A DNA stretch of 64,000 bases from Azolla caroliniana (GCA_043228905.1 JBHGNT010000015.1:3658001-3722000), one strand, 5' to 3'. Positions 10,623 through 25,960 are shown, counted from the first letter of the stretch. The notes: generated by a model not told the origin, from the sequence alone. Made by a program: numbers and translations.

Positions 10623-13600
10623 TGGTTGAACACATGTAGAGCCCACAACTACTAAGTGAAATACACCCATTTAGTAATTGCCACCATGAAGCCTTAATTG
10701 TTGTCCTCCCATGTGTTAAACCCTTGTTCTCAATGAAATATTGAACAATAGATATCCATGGTTGTGAGTTTGAACACATGTCTTGTAATAATGAAAATCT
10801 ACGAACCATCATATGCTTAGATAAGTTCAATACTCCAGCTCCCCCCAAGCGCTTAGGAGTTGCTAGATAATTCCACGCAACCCAAGTGATTCCCATCTTA
10901 TCCCTTTTCTTCCACAACAAATATCGAAGAGGTTGCAAAATAGAATGCAAAGCTTTCTTTGTCCACGACAGCAATGGTAAGTAATATAATATCATAGGTT
11001 CCATAATACATTGTACAACCTTCAAATGTACATGAAATGGCCAAGATTGTGATTTCCAATAAATGAACTTATCCCTCAACTTACTAGACATCCATTCAAT
11101 CAATTGACCATATGTAACATACATTCCTAATGGATAGCCCAAGTGTCGAAAAATAGAGTCTTTCTTCACCACGGATCCTTGTCATCCTAAACATTCCAAA
11201 TCCCTTTCAATACATGATATGACACTAGACTTCCTCCAATTAATATGTAATCCGGAAGCCAATGCAAATTGGTTCCATACAAGCATCCCCTTCTCAAGAT
11301 TCACTCGTGAGGCTTGTAGAAACATGAAAGAATCATCAGCCAAAGCTTGTGCAACTAGTTGCCCTCCAGACAGAAGGTGTAGACCCACAATATCACCATT
11401 TGTTGCAAGCCTTGATAGCATCACTAACAAGGGATGAGTAACAATAGCAAACAACAACGGGCTAATAGGGCATCTTGACGAACGGATCTTGTAAGGGCAA
11501 TATCTGATGTAACTCCTCCATTAAGCATGACTCGAGACACCGCATCTTGTCCTAATAAAATTATGAGGCAACACATACGAGGTCCAAAGCCCATTGTATG
11601 CATTAACCCAGAAACAAAGGACCAATTAACATGATCATAAGCTTTCTCCAAATCTAATTACACCATAATCAATTCTTGATGAGTGTTTCGAGCATAATCC
11701 ATGGCCATTTGAACATTCAACATATTATGCAATATATTCCTACCTGCAATAAAACCATATTGGGCGGGATGTATCAACTTTGGCAAATACTTTTGTAATC
11801 TATTTGCCAAGACCTTTGTAAATATCTTATACAACCCCCCCATCAAAGAAATAAGTCTCCATTCATGAAATGACTCTAGAGATGCCACCTTTGGAACTAA
11901 TTTAATTAGACCAACCTTCCAGGCTTGAGGCATACAACCAGAATCCCAAAATTGTTTAAACATCAAAGTTAAGGGCCCCTTTAAAATGTGTGAATATCAC
12001 TTAAAAACTTCATTTGTCAAGTCATCCTAACCAGGGCTCTTACCACTAGGAAGATGCCTTAAAACTGAGTCCACCTCATCCTCAGTGAAATCCGCATCCA
12101 ATTCATGACTAATGAGGTCATGCACAATACATCTAACCACATCATAAAACTCATGACGTGCTCTACTCACCTCATTTGTGATTAACAATTGTGGGCCAAT
12201 CACCTCCTTAAAGTAATGAACACATGTCAATTATTTTAGTAGGATCCACTATCCATTGATCACCTTGCTTCACATGTACCACATTAGATTGAGTATAAGT
12301 AGGATGTAACGCTTGGAAAAACAAATGGGATTGACATTGATTATCTATGAGCCCATCCCTCAATTGTCGCATCTTCGCATAACGATAACTTTGGCATTGC
12401 AACTGAGAAATAATAACATGCAATTGACTTTGGATATCCAAAAGCTCCTCATCTAATGGTGCATGTATCAATAATGCATTACACCTAGAGAGAACTTGTG
12501 AGAATTTTAGAAGAAGAGCTCTTCTTCGTTGAGCATTAGTTACTCCATACGTACGATGAACGATCTTAATATTTCGTAATGTGATATCCCATGCTTTAAC
12601 TCCTTTAAGATTCACTTCTTGTGAAAAATTTTACCAAAATTTGCTCCATGAGAGAATCAAAGTGAGGTTGAAGCAAAAGAGAAGAATTAAAGTGTAATGG
12701 AGGCTTTCTAAGTAAGGATTTATACATGTCAATTGCATGACCACAAATCTCCAAACAAATAGGAAAGTGATCTGAAGTTCCTACATCTTGTAAAACTGCC
12801 ATACAAAGTGATGTCGGTAAAAAAGAATCATTGTGCATCACATACATTCTATCTAACTGACTCAATGTTTTTCTATGTTGAGCAGATTGGAAAGTAAAAC
12901 CTGGATCATTCCCATGCAACCATGTCCAAACATCCAACTTCAAAACCTCTGTAGCCAATGAATCCCAAGCAAGTTGCTCAGGGTCATCCATGATTGAATG
13001 TTCAGATGTAGATTGAGATGCATCAACACACATGTTAAAATCACCCATAAGTAATCCTAGATGGCCCACACATAGGGTTTGACGGAGTGAGCCCCATAAT
13101 GCAATACGTTGAGTGGCTTGGTTAGGGACATAAATCCCAACCACCACACAACCTCGCCAAAAAAAGTGATTTCTAGAACCAAAAACCGACCATAAGGATC
13201 ATTACGCACCATTTGAGGAAAATACTTATCCCACACGATTAATACCACACCTGAATAATGATTATTAAGATGTCCTGCATAGAATGATGAATATCCACGC
13301 AAATGTAGTGTGGATCCTGCTAACTCATGACACTTATGCTCAATTGCACATAATATATCCCATTCTTTACTTAATAAAGTTTGCCATAATATATACTTCT
13401 TATGAGCAGAACATACCCCTCTCACATTCCATGTTACTATTTTCATTCAATCAACAATGTTATGGGTGCGATTGCTCCTTTAGAGCAACCGATGTCATGA
13501 AACTAGTCAAAGCATGTTGCAATGTTGCATATGGATTTTCATGCACCACATCCTTAGAGTTGTCTATCAAACTCTTTTGTTTAGGTTCTCCCGCTTGACG

Positions 13601-14520
13601 AAAACCTCAAGAATTCGACGAATTTACAACCCATCCCAATGAATCAAATTGAAGGTGAAGGGGTAATACCTCATCCCTAAAAAAAAATTGCCAAAGAACT
13701 TTTTGAGGACCCTCCCTAGTTCCTGAATTACTTTTCCAAGTAGTCTCACAAGTAGTGGCCAAATTATAACGTTGCATATTCATTGATTTGCCCTTCGACT
13801 TGCCCTTAACCTGATGTCGATCCTTTTCAACAACAACATCATTACTAGTTCTATCCAACGGTTTTTTCCCCTTATCTATAACCACCAAATTTTGTTTTTC
13901 CATATCCATAGATTGAGTTCCCTTATTCTTAGGGCCCAAACCTTGAAGTGAAACCTCTTTATAACCTACTCTAGATGATGTTCCTTCATCCATAACAACC
14001 ACCATATCTAAGACACCAACATCTCTCCCAACTCCTTCCTTACCATTCCCTTCATTAGGAACCTCTATAGTTGAAGGACAATGACGATTGCATTCCGCTA
14101 TAAAGTAACCCCATTCACCACATCCAAAACAGTGACCTGCAAATGTCCCCCACTTCAATTTAAAATAGAGTCTTTTCATTCTAGGTGTGTTCATACGCAC
14201 CCATCCTGGCCTCTTACGACTTGTATCCCATAACACACAAAATCTGCACTTATTTGTAGCATTTGCATGTGGAGATACCAACACTTTACCCATTTGACTC
14301 ATCAACTCTAGTAAAAGTGGCCATAAAAAAGCATGCTTACAATCCACTGTTGCCCAAACAGGGCATTCTTGTTTCAACAAAGCATGATAGTCCACAACAG
14401 GGGACCGTGGCATTACATGCACCAATCGTTTATCCGAAAACACTAGAACTTTAGCCAACAGTGCACTTCGATGTTCCAGTGAACGAAACACTACATCATA
14501 AAACCCTCTTGGTCCTGCAT
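10623..14520 (-). mobile_element. Decayed L1-clade LINE (ORF1 with zinc knuckle, APE endonuclease, RT)
   Basis: ORF1 has GFYDVVF...CFGCGEWGYFIAEC. APE has MKIVTWNVRG, GDFN, SDHFPI. RT has QYGFIAGR, EKAYDHVNW, LADDS. Many frameshifts. Confidence 0.9.
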
Positions 14521-17444
14521 GGGCTCGGTTCCTCCCCTTCAAGCCGGTGATGAAGGCTTGTAGTGTGAAATGGGCGAAGGCCGACTGCTTCCACCTATCG
14601 TGGGTCATGAGCCACTTTTGTAGAGCTCTCGGGCTCTTGTTCAGCCACTACCTTCATCGCAAAGGCACAATGATGGGCCATATACTCGTTGTAGATAAGC
14701 CAGTGACGAGGTTCTTTTCTCTAGATGAGCGTCGAAGTTTTTTGCTTGCTGATGTGAGTGCCTTCTTTACTCCGGGTGTCCGCATGATGGGTACACCAAA
14801 CTCACTGTCTAGTGAGGGAGCCGACACATCCAAATCACTGTCAACTTCGTCAAGGTGGTTGACTTCGTATTCGGGCATCTTACCTTTACCTTTGTCCGAT
14901 TTCGGACTTGGCCGCGACGTGCTTTGGTCGCTTGAAGGCTTGGGTGGTTCACTTAGCTCGGTGGAGCTTGGATTGTCCATTTGTAGAAGACTTGGCCGAA
15001 TATCGTCATCCGAGTTGACGTTCAACTCTTCCTCAATCCAGTCGGATGGAGTTGAATCAGGCTTATACCAAGATGTCGACTTGTCGAAGACTTACTTGAA
15101 CCGCTCGGGTTGAAGGGTTGAAGCACTTGTTGCCTTCTTTTGTGACGAGTATCCTGCAAGGATACATTTCTCCGACTTCGCGTCGGGCTTCTGTCGGGCT
15201 TCTGTCGGTTTTCGTTTAGGATGCGTACATTCACAATGCTTCTGAACACCTTGACGTGCGACAGAATCGGCTTCCTTCCGAAAAGGAGCTCGTATGGAGT
15301 TAGCTCATGCACTCCATTCGTGGTGCATCGATTCGTGAGATAGACGGTTGTGGATGCCACTTCGGCCCAATAGAAGTTCGGCATGTGCTACTCATGCATC
15401 ATGGCACATGTTACCTCGAGTATGTGTCGATTCTTCCTTTCAGCCACTCCATTTTGTTGGGGTTTGTGTCGGCACGAAAATTCTCTTCGAATGCCTTCAC
15501 CTTGGAGGTAGGAGACGAATTCGTCGGAGAAGTACTCCTTGCCTCTATCCGATTGTAGGCATCGAATGTGCCAACCGGTTTCTTTTTCGATTTGGCCCTT
15601 GAGCTTTTGGAAGTGGGAGAGCACTTCACTCTTCTTCTTCATCGGAAAGATCCGCGTGTAGTGGTAGTAGTCGTCGATCAAGGTGATGTATCAACATCCG
15701 CTGATTGTCGGCATTTGAGCCAGTCCCCATACATCCAAATGTATGACGTCGAAGAGCCCTTTGCTTGCATAGCTCTCCTTTGGGAATAGGATTTGATGTT
15801 GTTTTCCGAGTTGACATGCTTCGCACACTTGGTCGACTTGTTTCGACTCAAAGGCCGAAAGTCTAATGACGGCTCCCTTTGATTGCATCGCTTGGAACCA
15901 TTGGAGGTTGATGTGGCTATTTCTCTTGTTCCACAACTCGATGCTCATCTTGGTTTTGAGACCTTTGGCATACATGGCCAAATTCACCTCGTTCGAATCG
16001 AGAATGAACATTCAGTCGTCTCTCCGTCCCTTAGCTATGAGTTGGCCATCTTTTTCTATAAAGCATCCTTCGTTGTTGAAATGAACTTGCATGCCTTGCT
16101 TCACGATTTGGCCGACCAAGACCAAATTCTTTGTTATTGTGGGCACGTGTAAGACATTCTTGATGCAATTGCTTTGGCCTTCGTTGCCAAATGGAATGTT
16201 GCCGATGTGCCGAATGGGATGTGTGGTGTCATCTCCCGTCTCTATTTAGCCAGGTCATATGCCATGAGGTGCCGGAGACGACGAACCACATGTCTTCCGA
16301 GTTGGAGATGCTTGTGGAGTCGGAGGTCGACATAGAGTTTTCTCTATGTCTCATTATGAATAGCCCACCATAGTCTTCGTATTCGGAGTTGGTGGCGTAA
16401 TTTGTGAGTTGTCAGCTTGTCAAGACGACTCACTTCTCTTCTTTTGGCACTCCTCTTCGAGGTGGCCGATTTTGCCACAGTAGTTGCAAGTAATGGGCCA
16501 CGTTTGCCGACCTTGTTCGACATGGAAGCTCCCCTTTTGTCCGAAGATTCCTCGATAGCTTCCGTCTTGTTGTCGAAGGTTTGAGCTTCGTGTGATGGGT
16601 CGAATCGACCTCTTCTACCATGTCGACCTCTTCCTCGGCCACCATCCGAATTCGAGAAGAACATTTGTCCTTCTGATGTCTTGCTTTTGGTTCGGACGGG
16701 GTTCTCTTCGACCAATAGCATTGATTGAAGTTCAAAGAACGAAGGAGGGTTTTCCCTCGCTAAGATTGTCGTCCTTAACGAGTCGAATCGTTGTGCGAGG
16801 TTGCCGAAACATACTTGAACCATCTCGTCTTCGTCGACATTTATGTAGATGGAACCAAGTGAGTTGCAAATGCTCTTGATCTTGCGGTGTAGTCCGACAC
16901 GGACATATCTTTTTGTCGTATGTTGTTCAACCCTTGCCAGAGTTGAAGCTTGCGTGCCGTCGTATTGGCGGCAAAAATCTTCTTGAGATTCTCCCACGCC
17001 TCTTTAGGCATCTTGGCGTCTCGAATGTGGCTAAGCATGTGGTCGTGGACACATGTTGCCAAGCAATACATTACCCGACTCGCTCCTTGCTCCCAAGTTG
17101 GGTAGTTGGCGTTTGTGATGTCGGGTTTGGTTTAGAGTGCGTCGTTGATGTAGCTCCAATACCCTTGGCTGACTAGGTATTGGTTCATCTTGTACTCCCA
17201 AGATGAATAATTGCTCCGGTCTAGCTTTTCACTAGGGAGCAAGCTACCCATTTGTGTGTTCATGTTGATTAGTGTCTTCTCTTCTTCTTCTTCTTCCTCT
17301 TTTTCTTTTGCTTTTCTTCCTTCGATCACGTGCACGTGCTATGTAGCGGCACTACGATATCGAATAGTCGGATTTGTTGTCGGCGTCTCGAACACACAAT
17401 CACGAAGAGTCGAGCGGGTTTTTAGTGGATGTGCTAAACCACAC

Positions 17445-17456
17445 GCTCTGATACCA
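17445..17456 (-). promoter_or_regulatory. Primer-binding site complementary to initiator tRNA-Met
   Basis: TGGTATCAGAGC immediately follows the LTR end ...TTAACA on the minus strand. Confidence 0.9.
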
Positions 17457-17880
17457 TGTTAATAATTAGGTAATTAACTAAGGGTTAATTAGTGACTAAT
17501 TATGTGAGTGGTTAAGTAGCGAAAGGTTATGTGATATGTGTGTGTATATGTGTGAGAGGAAGAGGGAGAGGAAGTTACACTTATAAACAATAATGTAAAT
17601 GGGGGATGATTAATGCGAGTGTATATTAAAAAGCATCATCATCATCAAATACAAAAATGCCTACAATGAGGTATATATACACCTCATGTGCAAAGGTGCA
17701 CATGTGTGAGTAGAATATAGGTACAAAGGTGTACGTCCTATATTAAATGAACATGTGAGTGGAGGATCTACAATGTATCCCACTCAAGTACAAAATCTTT
17801 TTTAAGGCTTTAAGGTCAGCACACTAGGTAGATTCTATCTAGGTAACTACTAAGTTACATGTGTTTACTAGCTAACTAAA
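17457..17880 (-). repeat. Copia 5' LTR (5' tip truncated)
   Basis: Adjacent to the PBS and homologous to the solo LTR at 861-4137. Confidence 0.85.
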
Positions 17881-18411
17881 AAGGGTACCCGATCTCCGAA
17901 GCAACATGGGAGCCGACACAACATCTCAAGCATGCATTGGACGTAGTTTGGGCATTTCATGAATGATATCCACAGAAACCGACCACGGGTCCTAGGAGGC
18001 GACCTTAGATGGAGGATAATGTCATAGACAGGATCTGATAGGGGGTTGAACCCATGACCTCCTAGTCTTATTAGGCAAGATATAAACAAGTTAAGCTACA
18101 TCCATCTATACATTATTGTATTGTATAAGATTCAACTTATTACATTGTAGGTTAATCACTAGAACTTTCAAGAAACTGCTCGAGAATGCATCTTCATGCA
18201 CTCTTTAGAAGTTTCCTAGCTTACATGCATACCTCCACATTCTTGTATACATACTCGGGTGCATCTTGATTACAATCAAGGTGAACAACACCAGTTGCGG
18301 GAGCATAATATTAGTTCTTGTTATATTGTCTATTCTCTCTCTGCCTTTCTTATTCTCTTACTTATGCTCTTGCCCTCTCTTAGTATTAGCCTCGTCTACC
18401 CATCCGTGACA
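17881..18411. mobile_element. Probable LTR remnant of another family
   Basis: Ends in ...CCGTGACA exactly where the L1 sequence resumes. Noncoding. Confidence 0.4.
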
Positions 18412-20046
18412 ACCCCAAGTGTCGAAAAATAGAGCCTTTTTTCACCACAGATCCTTGCCATCCTAAACATTTCAAATCCCTTTCAATACATGATATGAGA
18501 TTAGACTTCCTCCAATTAATATGTAATCTGGAATCCAATGCAAATTGGTTCCAAACAAGCATCCCCTTCCAAACTTCTGTCGTGAGGCTTGTAAAAACAT
18601 GAAAGAATTAGATTTTGCCAAAGTTTGTGCTACTAGTTGCCTTCCAGACGAATGGTGTAGACCCACAATGTCACCATTTGTTGCAAGCCCTGATAACATC
18701 ACTAACAAGGGACGAGTAGCAATAGCAAACAACATTGGGCTAAGTGGGCATCCTTGACAAACAAATCTTGTAAGGGCAATATCTGATGTAACTCCCCCAT
18801 TAAGCATTACTCGAGACACTGCATCTTGTCCTAATAAAAATATGAGGCGAGACATATGTGGTCCAACTCCCATTTTATGCATTAACCTAGAAACAAATTA
18901 CCAATTAACATGATCATAAGCTTTCTCCAAATCTAATTGCACCATAATCAATTCTTGATGAGTGTGGCGTACATAATCCATGGCCATTTGAACATTCAAC
19001 ACATTATGCAATATATTCCTACCTGCAATAAAACCATATTGGGCAAGATGTATTAAGTTTGGCAAATACTTTTGTAATCGATTTGCCAAGTCTTTTGTAA
19101 ATATCTTATACAACCCCCCAATCAAATAAATAGGTCTCCATTGATGAAATGACACAGGAGATGCCACCTTCAGAATAGACCAACCTTCTAAGCTTGAGGC
19201 ATACAACCAAAATCCCAACAATGTTGAAACATCAAAGTTAAGGGCCCCTTTAAAATGTTCGAATATCGCTTAAAAACTTCATTTGTCATGCCATCCCAAC
19301 CAAATACTTTTGTAATATATTTGCCAAGACCTTTGTAAATATCTTATACAACCCCCCACCCCCCCATCGAAGAAATAGGTCTCCATTGATGAAATGACTC
19401 AGGAGAGGCCACCTTCGAAACTAATTTAATTAGACCAACCTTCAAAACTTGAGGCATACAACCAGAATCCCAACAATGTTGAAACATCAAAGTTAAGGAC
19501 CCCTTTAAAATGTTTGAATATCGCTTAAAAACTTCACTTGTCAAGCCATCCCAACAAAGGCTCTTACCACTAAGAAGATGCCTTAAAACCGTGTCCACCT
19601 CATCCTCAGTGAAATTCGCATCCAATTCATGACTAATGAGGCCATGCACAATACAGCCTGCATCTAATGGTGCATGTATCAATAATGCATTACACCTAGA
19701 GAGAACTTGTGAGAATTGTTGAAGAAGACCTCGTCTTCGTTGGGCATTAGTTACCCCATACATACGATGAATAATCTTAATGTTTCATAAAGTGTTATCC
19801 CATGTCGTAACTCCTTTAAGATTCACTTGTTGTGAAAAATTCGCCAAATTTTGCTCCATGAGAGAATCAAAGTGAGGTTGAAGCAAAAGAGAAGACTTAA
19901 AGCGTAATGGAGGCTTTCTAAGTAAGAATTTATACAGTCAATTGCATGATTACAAACCTCCAAACAAATAGGAAAGTGATTTAAAGTTCCTACATCTTGT
20001 AGAATTGTCATAGGAAGTGATGTCAGTAAAAAAGAATCATCGTGCA

Positions 20047-20048
<2 letters not shown>
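18412..20048 (-). mobile_element. Second, rearranged copy of the L1 at 10623-14520 (RT and linker)
   Basis: High nucleotide similarity to ~11140-12840. Carries an internal duplication (~19065-19300 and ~19305-19555) and an internal deletion. Ends at (TC)n 20049-20111. Confidence 0.88.
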
Positions 20049-20115
<67 letters not shown>

Positions 20116-20869
20116 TTTTTTCACTACTCACCCTTTCTTTTACCTAATAAGTCCACTAAGGCACCTACTCATAAGACGACTTAAACATATAACTCACCCA
20201 AATGCTCTTCATATTCTAATAAAATTTAGAAACTAATCTTAATACATTTACATATCTACATATACACACACCCCTATTTACAACATACACATATACCCAC
20301 TTATTTATAGACTTATACATATTTATTTTCCTAAATACCCCTCCTACTCGCCAATGAATTAACACATAGAAATATTACACTTTCCCTTCACTTAGGAAAA
20401 TTAAACGCATTGAATATGTGCACATATATATACACTTGAGCACAAGTACATGACTCCTTCATAACACTAAGCCACAATTACCTACTAACACACACATTGT
20501 CACTATGTTGTGACATTCACACCCACATAACCACTTTTAAATCTTCCCATATTGATACAAAAGCATATCACACACACATTCTTACACCCCACACAATCAC
20601 AATTATCTTTAAATATTTATAATAAACTATAAAGTTTACATCCTCATGCACTAAAACTACAAAATAGACATCCATCCTCTCAAGTCTCTACTGGTCCTAC
20701 AGTCTACCTACTCTAATTTTATACGCATGCGTGTAATTTCACGACAATGTTGTGAGCCATGCTTTGTCTATTGAGAAAATGTGTGAGAGAGATATCACCT
20801 TGGGGAGCTCCATTATGGTGGGTTAGAGTAAGAGAAGGCATACTATGTGGCAAGAATTGGCAATGATTC

Positions 20870-21260
20870 AATTTGAATTTAACTAGTTTGGCATTGTCTA
20901 AGCCAAATCGGTTAAGCCTTAATGGGTTTAGAGGATTTCAAACCTAAACTAAACCAAACGCTAAACTAGTTAATGCTTAACCAATTTGGGCTAAACTAGT
21001 TACTTCTCTTAGGTTGAATATTTTGCTTCCTAAAATGGTACCTCCTATATATCGGGTTTGAGCCAATTAAGCGAAGCTCAAGCCAAATTGAAACGAGCTC
21101 AAACCGTTTAAAAGAACTCTGGATTGACTAAGCCGAACTAAATTGAACTCAAACTAGTTAAGAAAAATATAGCCTAAATCAAACCAACCCGAATCGCCAA
21201 ACCATTTAACAATGCTTAAACGGCTTGGTTCAAGCTTGAGATGAACTGGTGAAACACCTT
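20870..21260. mobile_element. Probable non-autonomous DNA transposon remnant
   Basis: Dense AAACCG/AAGCC/GGTTT subterminal-type motifs. A similar texture occurs at 52930-53460. No TIR pair confirmed. Confidence 0.3.
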
Positions 21261-23749
21261 CAAGGGAGCTGCATAATTGTGTTGCCATTGTGTAAGACAT
21301 GGTTAAGGGCTGGGAACCTTGATTGTCACATGCATCATCATATACCCAATGGGTTACCATCAATGAGGCAAGTACTACAAAGCAAGAATTTGTGAAATAT
21401 ATCTAAGTTAATAAGAGTCGTTCATATGTGGCAACCATTATATTGTTTAATTGTCCACGTATTTCTTTTCTCATGTTCCTCCTATTTATTCTCATAAGAA
21501 TGGAGACATAAAAGGAAAATAAGCCTCTTAATCTTTCTTTTCCTTGACATTTGAAGGGGGTATACTTCCTTCATTAAGGTCAATGTGTGCCAATTGGATA
21601 TTTGTAAGATCAAGGATAAGCCATGTCAATAATTAATCCAAGGCAAGGAAATCAATGGATCTCAAAGATTTTCAAGGATGTGTTTTTTTTTTTAATGTGA
21701 TAGAAATCAAAGGAATTTTAGATTTTAAATGTGTCCATATGGCATGTATATTTTACAAAGTATCCCATGGTTATAGGAACCTACCAACAAACCTTTCAAA
21801 TTCTTCTCTTTATAAAATCAATGTGATAACCCTAATAAAATTGCTCTCATGAAGAGGTGTGATATTCACTCATTTTTGGCAAACTAAAATGTAGAGAAAC
21901 CATGCTATTTGTTTCCAATGGATGTAGCATCAAACTGTCAACAATCCAATTTTTTAATGGTATCCTACTTACTATTTGATGTCTAATTTAAACATTAAAG
22001 AGTTAGATGGTCTTAGCTATCACTTGGGTGAAACCGTGTCTCTCCTACTAATGTTTTTGTTGAGTTGGTTGGCGAGTTATTGCAGCCCTTCATAAATGTT
22101 AATGAGTACTCAATGCAATTGCTCATAGATTGTTTATTTCTACGTATTATATGATGCAATAAGTATGATGTGTGAAGTGGATGGTAGGAAAAAATGTCAA
22201 TGAGTACTTGACACAATTGTCCATTGATCGTTTATGTCCACAAATTGTAGAACGCAATAAATTTGATGTGTGAAATCTATGGTAGGAGAAAAGTTCCAAA
22301 TTCCAAAAGAGATTGTTACGTGTAATAAATGTTCCTAGTTATAAATTGTCCATGTCATCATGAAAGCTCACAAGAAGGAGCTTGCCTAACTAACCTTATG
22401 ATGCTTTTAGTATTTGCTATGTCTTTGTTATTTTGTTGTACATTTCAATCAAAGTTTACATGGAAATGTATCCATGAGCCATTCCTTAACACGACACATG
22501 TTTATACTAGTTTTCACTAGATATTTTACCTTTACATGTCTTAGGCTAACCATGCATATCTGATACTCCTATTTACATGGACAAGAGATTTCAAAATAAC
22601 CCTAAGAGTGCCATCATTCTCTTTCAAATAAACCGCAATAACAAGGGTATAACTCATGTTTTAGATTTAGTGCCCATTTATGGATAAAGTGACGTAACGT
22701 TTTGTAGAAATATGATTGGTGTGAATATACACTATGTATAAAATAACATCCAAAATAAATGTGGTTGGTGATTATTTAATCTTTTATATAGATTGTTAGT
22801 TACATATATGATTCAAGATTGACAATGAAACACATATGTGTATGTATGTTTATGCATACATCCTCATAAAGTGACCTAGTTTTACGTATAAGTGAAGAGC
22901 CATTAATTGTTTCGTTAGCAAATCAATTTAAACACTGCTTAAAAAATCTACATATTTGAGGGCTATTAGAAGTCCACGAGCTCAATACTTGTTTCTTTAA
23001 TTCCAAGAGCTCAAATGAGGGCTACCTAAATCTATCTAAATTCCACATTCCTCGCAGAGTCTATGAACACGTTAGATATGCAACCACCGATATCTAGAAA
23101 ATTCCATAAATTTGTCGAATAGAGGGCGAGGTACCAAACTCCATGTGTGGTCAATGTAGCACCGAGCAAGAGATCTTTTATGTGTTTCATCCTTCATCTT
23201 TGTGTATCATATACCCGCACGATAAAAGCTTCTATGTGTATGTGTGTAAGTATCGATACTCATCTATAAAAGCAATAACACATGAATATAGATGTAGCTA
23301 TGGACAGAATGCATAAATATATTATAAGTCTAATTGTGAGTGGCATCATCAAGTTGTATTTTTTATAAGGTAGATGAATAGCTATATGTCACGACCATGA
23401 ATGGGGGCAACATCAAAGTGGGTCCATGCCAAAATTAAGTATGCATGTGTAATATGTAGATCAAGGTTGCTTAAAATTTTTGAAACAACATGAGAAAATA
23501 ATGATATATGTATAAGGACGAGTCACGACAATATTTCTTTCAGACTATGTGTATGTGTATATATGTAAATGGGTGAAATTTCACCATCATTTAGCAATCC
23601 TTTAAGGGAAGAAACATGAAAATGAAATGGTTGTTATATTAGAAACCCTAAAATAAGATGTATATGTTTACAAATGAAGCAATATTGTGCTATTTTCGGG
23701 GAGAAAGCATGATGTACGAGCTCCTCTTAGAGAAACAAAGGGATTGATG

Positions 23750-24320
23750 AACAAATTAATCATCAAGGTAGCTCGGAGCTAGAAGTGCAATATTATCTTT
23801 TGGAGGTCGAAGAATATGTAGGTACACGCATGGTTTAGACCAATTACATATAACTTTCTATCGGGTGTTAAAGATGCTAGGGAAAAAACTTCAAGGAAAA
23901 GTAAACTATGTCAACACAAGGGATCACATGATGTCAAAAGTAAACTCCAATATGCCTTTGGGTTTTGAGGTAGCCACATGGGCTCAAAATGCTTTGAAAA
24001 CTAGAAAGGACTAATAAGAAACCAAGTGGACTAGTAATGCTCAATAAAAAGTGGCAACATTGGTCTCATAAATGAGTTCACGATGCTTATGCTCACTGAA
24101 AGGATAATCATAGACTTTAACTACATGGATGCATGAGTTTGTTTTTTATGAAGCTTATCACCTCACATTAACTTAACTTTGACACGGTACTTAAAAAGGA
24201 AATGATAGGAGAAGTGTATGCTTGCTTTTAGAATGTTACGAATGCATGATTGACCACAAATATGGTGTGAGACTTTTTGCTCTGACTATGAGTTTACAAG
24301 GTCGAAAGCGCCAAACTACT
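23750..24320 (+). mobile_element. Highly decayed Gypsy gag-like remnant
   Basis: Broken gag-like peptides only; weak evidence. Confidence 0.25.
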
Positions 24321-25564
24321 GATACGAGAGCGAAGATGCCTGCAATGCAACCCTTTTTATAGAGGTAATACATACTAGTCATGTGTGCTTTTTAGCACTT
24401 CCTTGCGTCAAGACACGATCTTGTTTCGAGAAGAATTAGGTTGAAAAGTGAATTTGAATCTAGTTTTTAGGATGAAAATTCAGTTGCGTTTTTATTTATT
24501 TATGGTCCATGGTTATTATATTTTGTTGTCAATATTGTTAAATCATTGTGAGTTCCTCTACATCTCGGATGGGTTGTTTTAAAGTATATTCATAGTGGAA
24601 CAAAGTTGAAACAAACCATATGTTTGCAAAGTGGCGCATTGCAAGGAATATCTTGTTTTTGTGTGCATTAACTTTTTGGCAACATGTTTATTGTGTTTCA
24701 TTCTCGTGCACAATGTTGCGGTCTTTCACTTCAAATAGCTCGTTATTTCTCCAGAATAACTATTCTCCTTTTTTTTGTGAATTTCATCATTGGTAAAGTC
24801 GTGATATATGATGGGATGTGCCCCCTTTTGGGGTTGGAGTCTTCATGTTGTTACCAATAAATTAAAGATAAAAAGAAATAAAAGAATCAGAAGAAATATG
24901 CATACTCTCACCATTATCCTCATTGAAGAAGAGCTGAGGGTAGATTTGAAATATATTGTTACATGGCAATCTTTGGGCCTCTAATCCACAATTTACCACC
25001 TAGAGCAAACAAGCAAGGTTATAACCACCACTATGAATCAATGAACACGAGGTAAATAATTAGACTTTTCAAGCCGCATCTAGCGCATGATCCAAGCAAA
25101 GTCCATAGCATGAAAACTACACAAAAGTTTAACATTACCAACACAAAAAGTTTAACATTTCCTCTTGGTATTCGAGTTCCATGATAACGCGTACAAACCC
25201 ATTCAAGCATCAAGTTCTTTCGGCATCGCGAATGCGATATACGACAAACAAATATTATGCACTACAAATCGTCATGGGTAGAAGCTCACGATTTGTCGTC
25301 AACGATTAGCCAAGTTCCAATGTTCCAACCAATGCAATTGCCCAAGTTCAACACCACAAAGCGCGCACACACACAACCATGATCAATTGTATATTAGTAA
25401 CTGGTATAATTGATGTAAGTTGAGAACCATGATCAATTTGTATATTAGTAATTGGTATAATTGATCTAAGTTGAAGTTACTTGAGTTCATTTAACTGGGT
25501 TCCTCTAATCACGTGGTGTGGCTTGTGTTTTGTTCCACAAAGATTAAATGAAGGGGTTTGGGGG

Positions 25565-25721
25565 GGGTGTGAGAGAGAGAGAGAGAGAGAGAGAGACGGA
25601 AGTCAAGGAAAAAATGGCTATAAATTGACGTAATGTAAAATGAGATGAGATTGACATGAAATGAAATGCAATGAAATGAAATGAACTGAACTGCACTGAA
25701 CTAAAATGAAATGAAATGATG

Positions 25722-25760
<39 letters not shown>

Positions 25761-25960
25761 CCCCTCACACACACACAGACAGACACACGAAATGAAATGA
25801 AATGAGATGAGATTTAAATGAAATGAACTAAAATGAAATGAAATGATGAGCTCTCTCCCCCTCTCTCACGCACATACACACGAAAATGAAATGAAATGAG
25901 ATGAGACTGAAATGAAATGAAATGAGATAAGATTGAACTGAAATGAAATGAAATGATGAA

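Larger units (their letters stand above)
14521..17880 (-). mobile_element. Ty1/Copia element: 5' LTR, gag, protease, integrase, with RT/RNaseH deleted
   Basis: Gag LDRSNYSSWEYKM, integrase CEACQLGKQH, SDRGKEY, PQQNGVAERKNR. Coding similarity stops at the start of RT (EPES...DPR). Confidence 0.9.

Noticed and set aside
13607-14608. Intact 333-aa gene
   Set aside because: It is a chimera of Copia 3' sequence and L1 ORF1 across the ~14520 junction.
21500-23000. Possible decayed CACTA/hAT coding remnant (similar case at 59980-60500)
   Set aside because: No motif could be reconstructed convincingly by eye.
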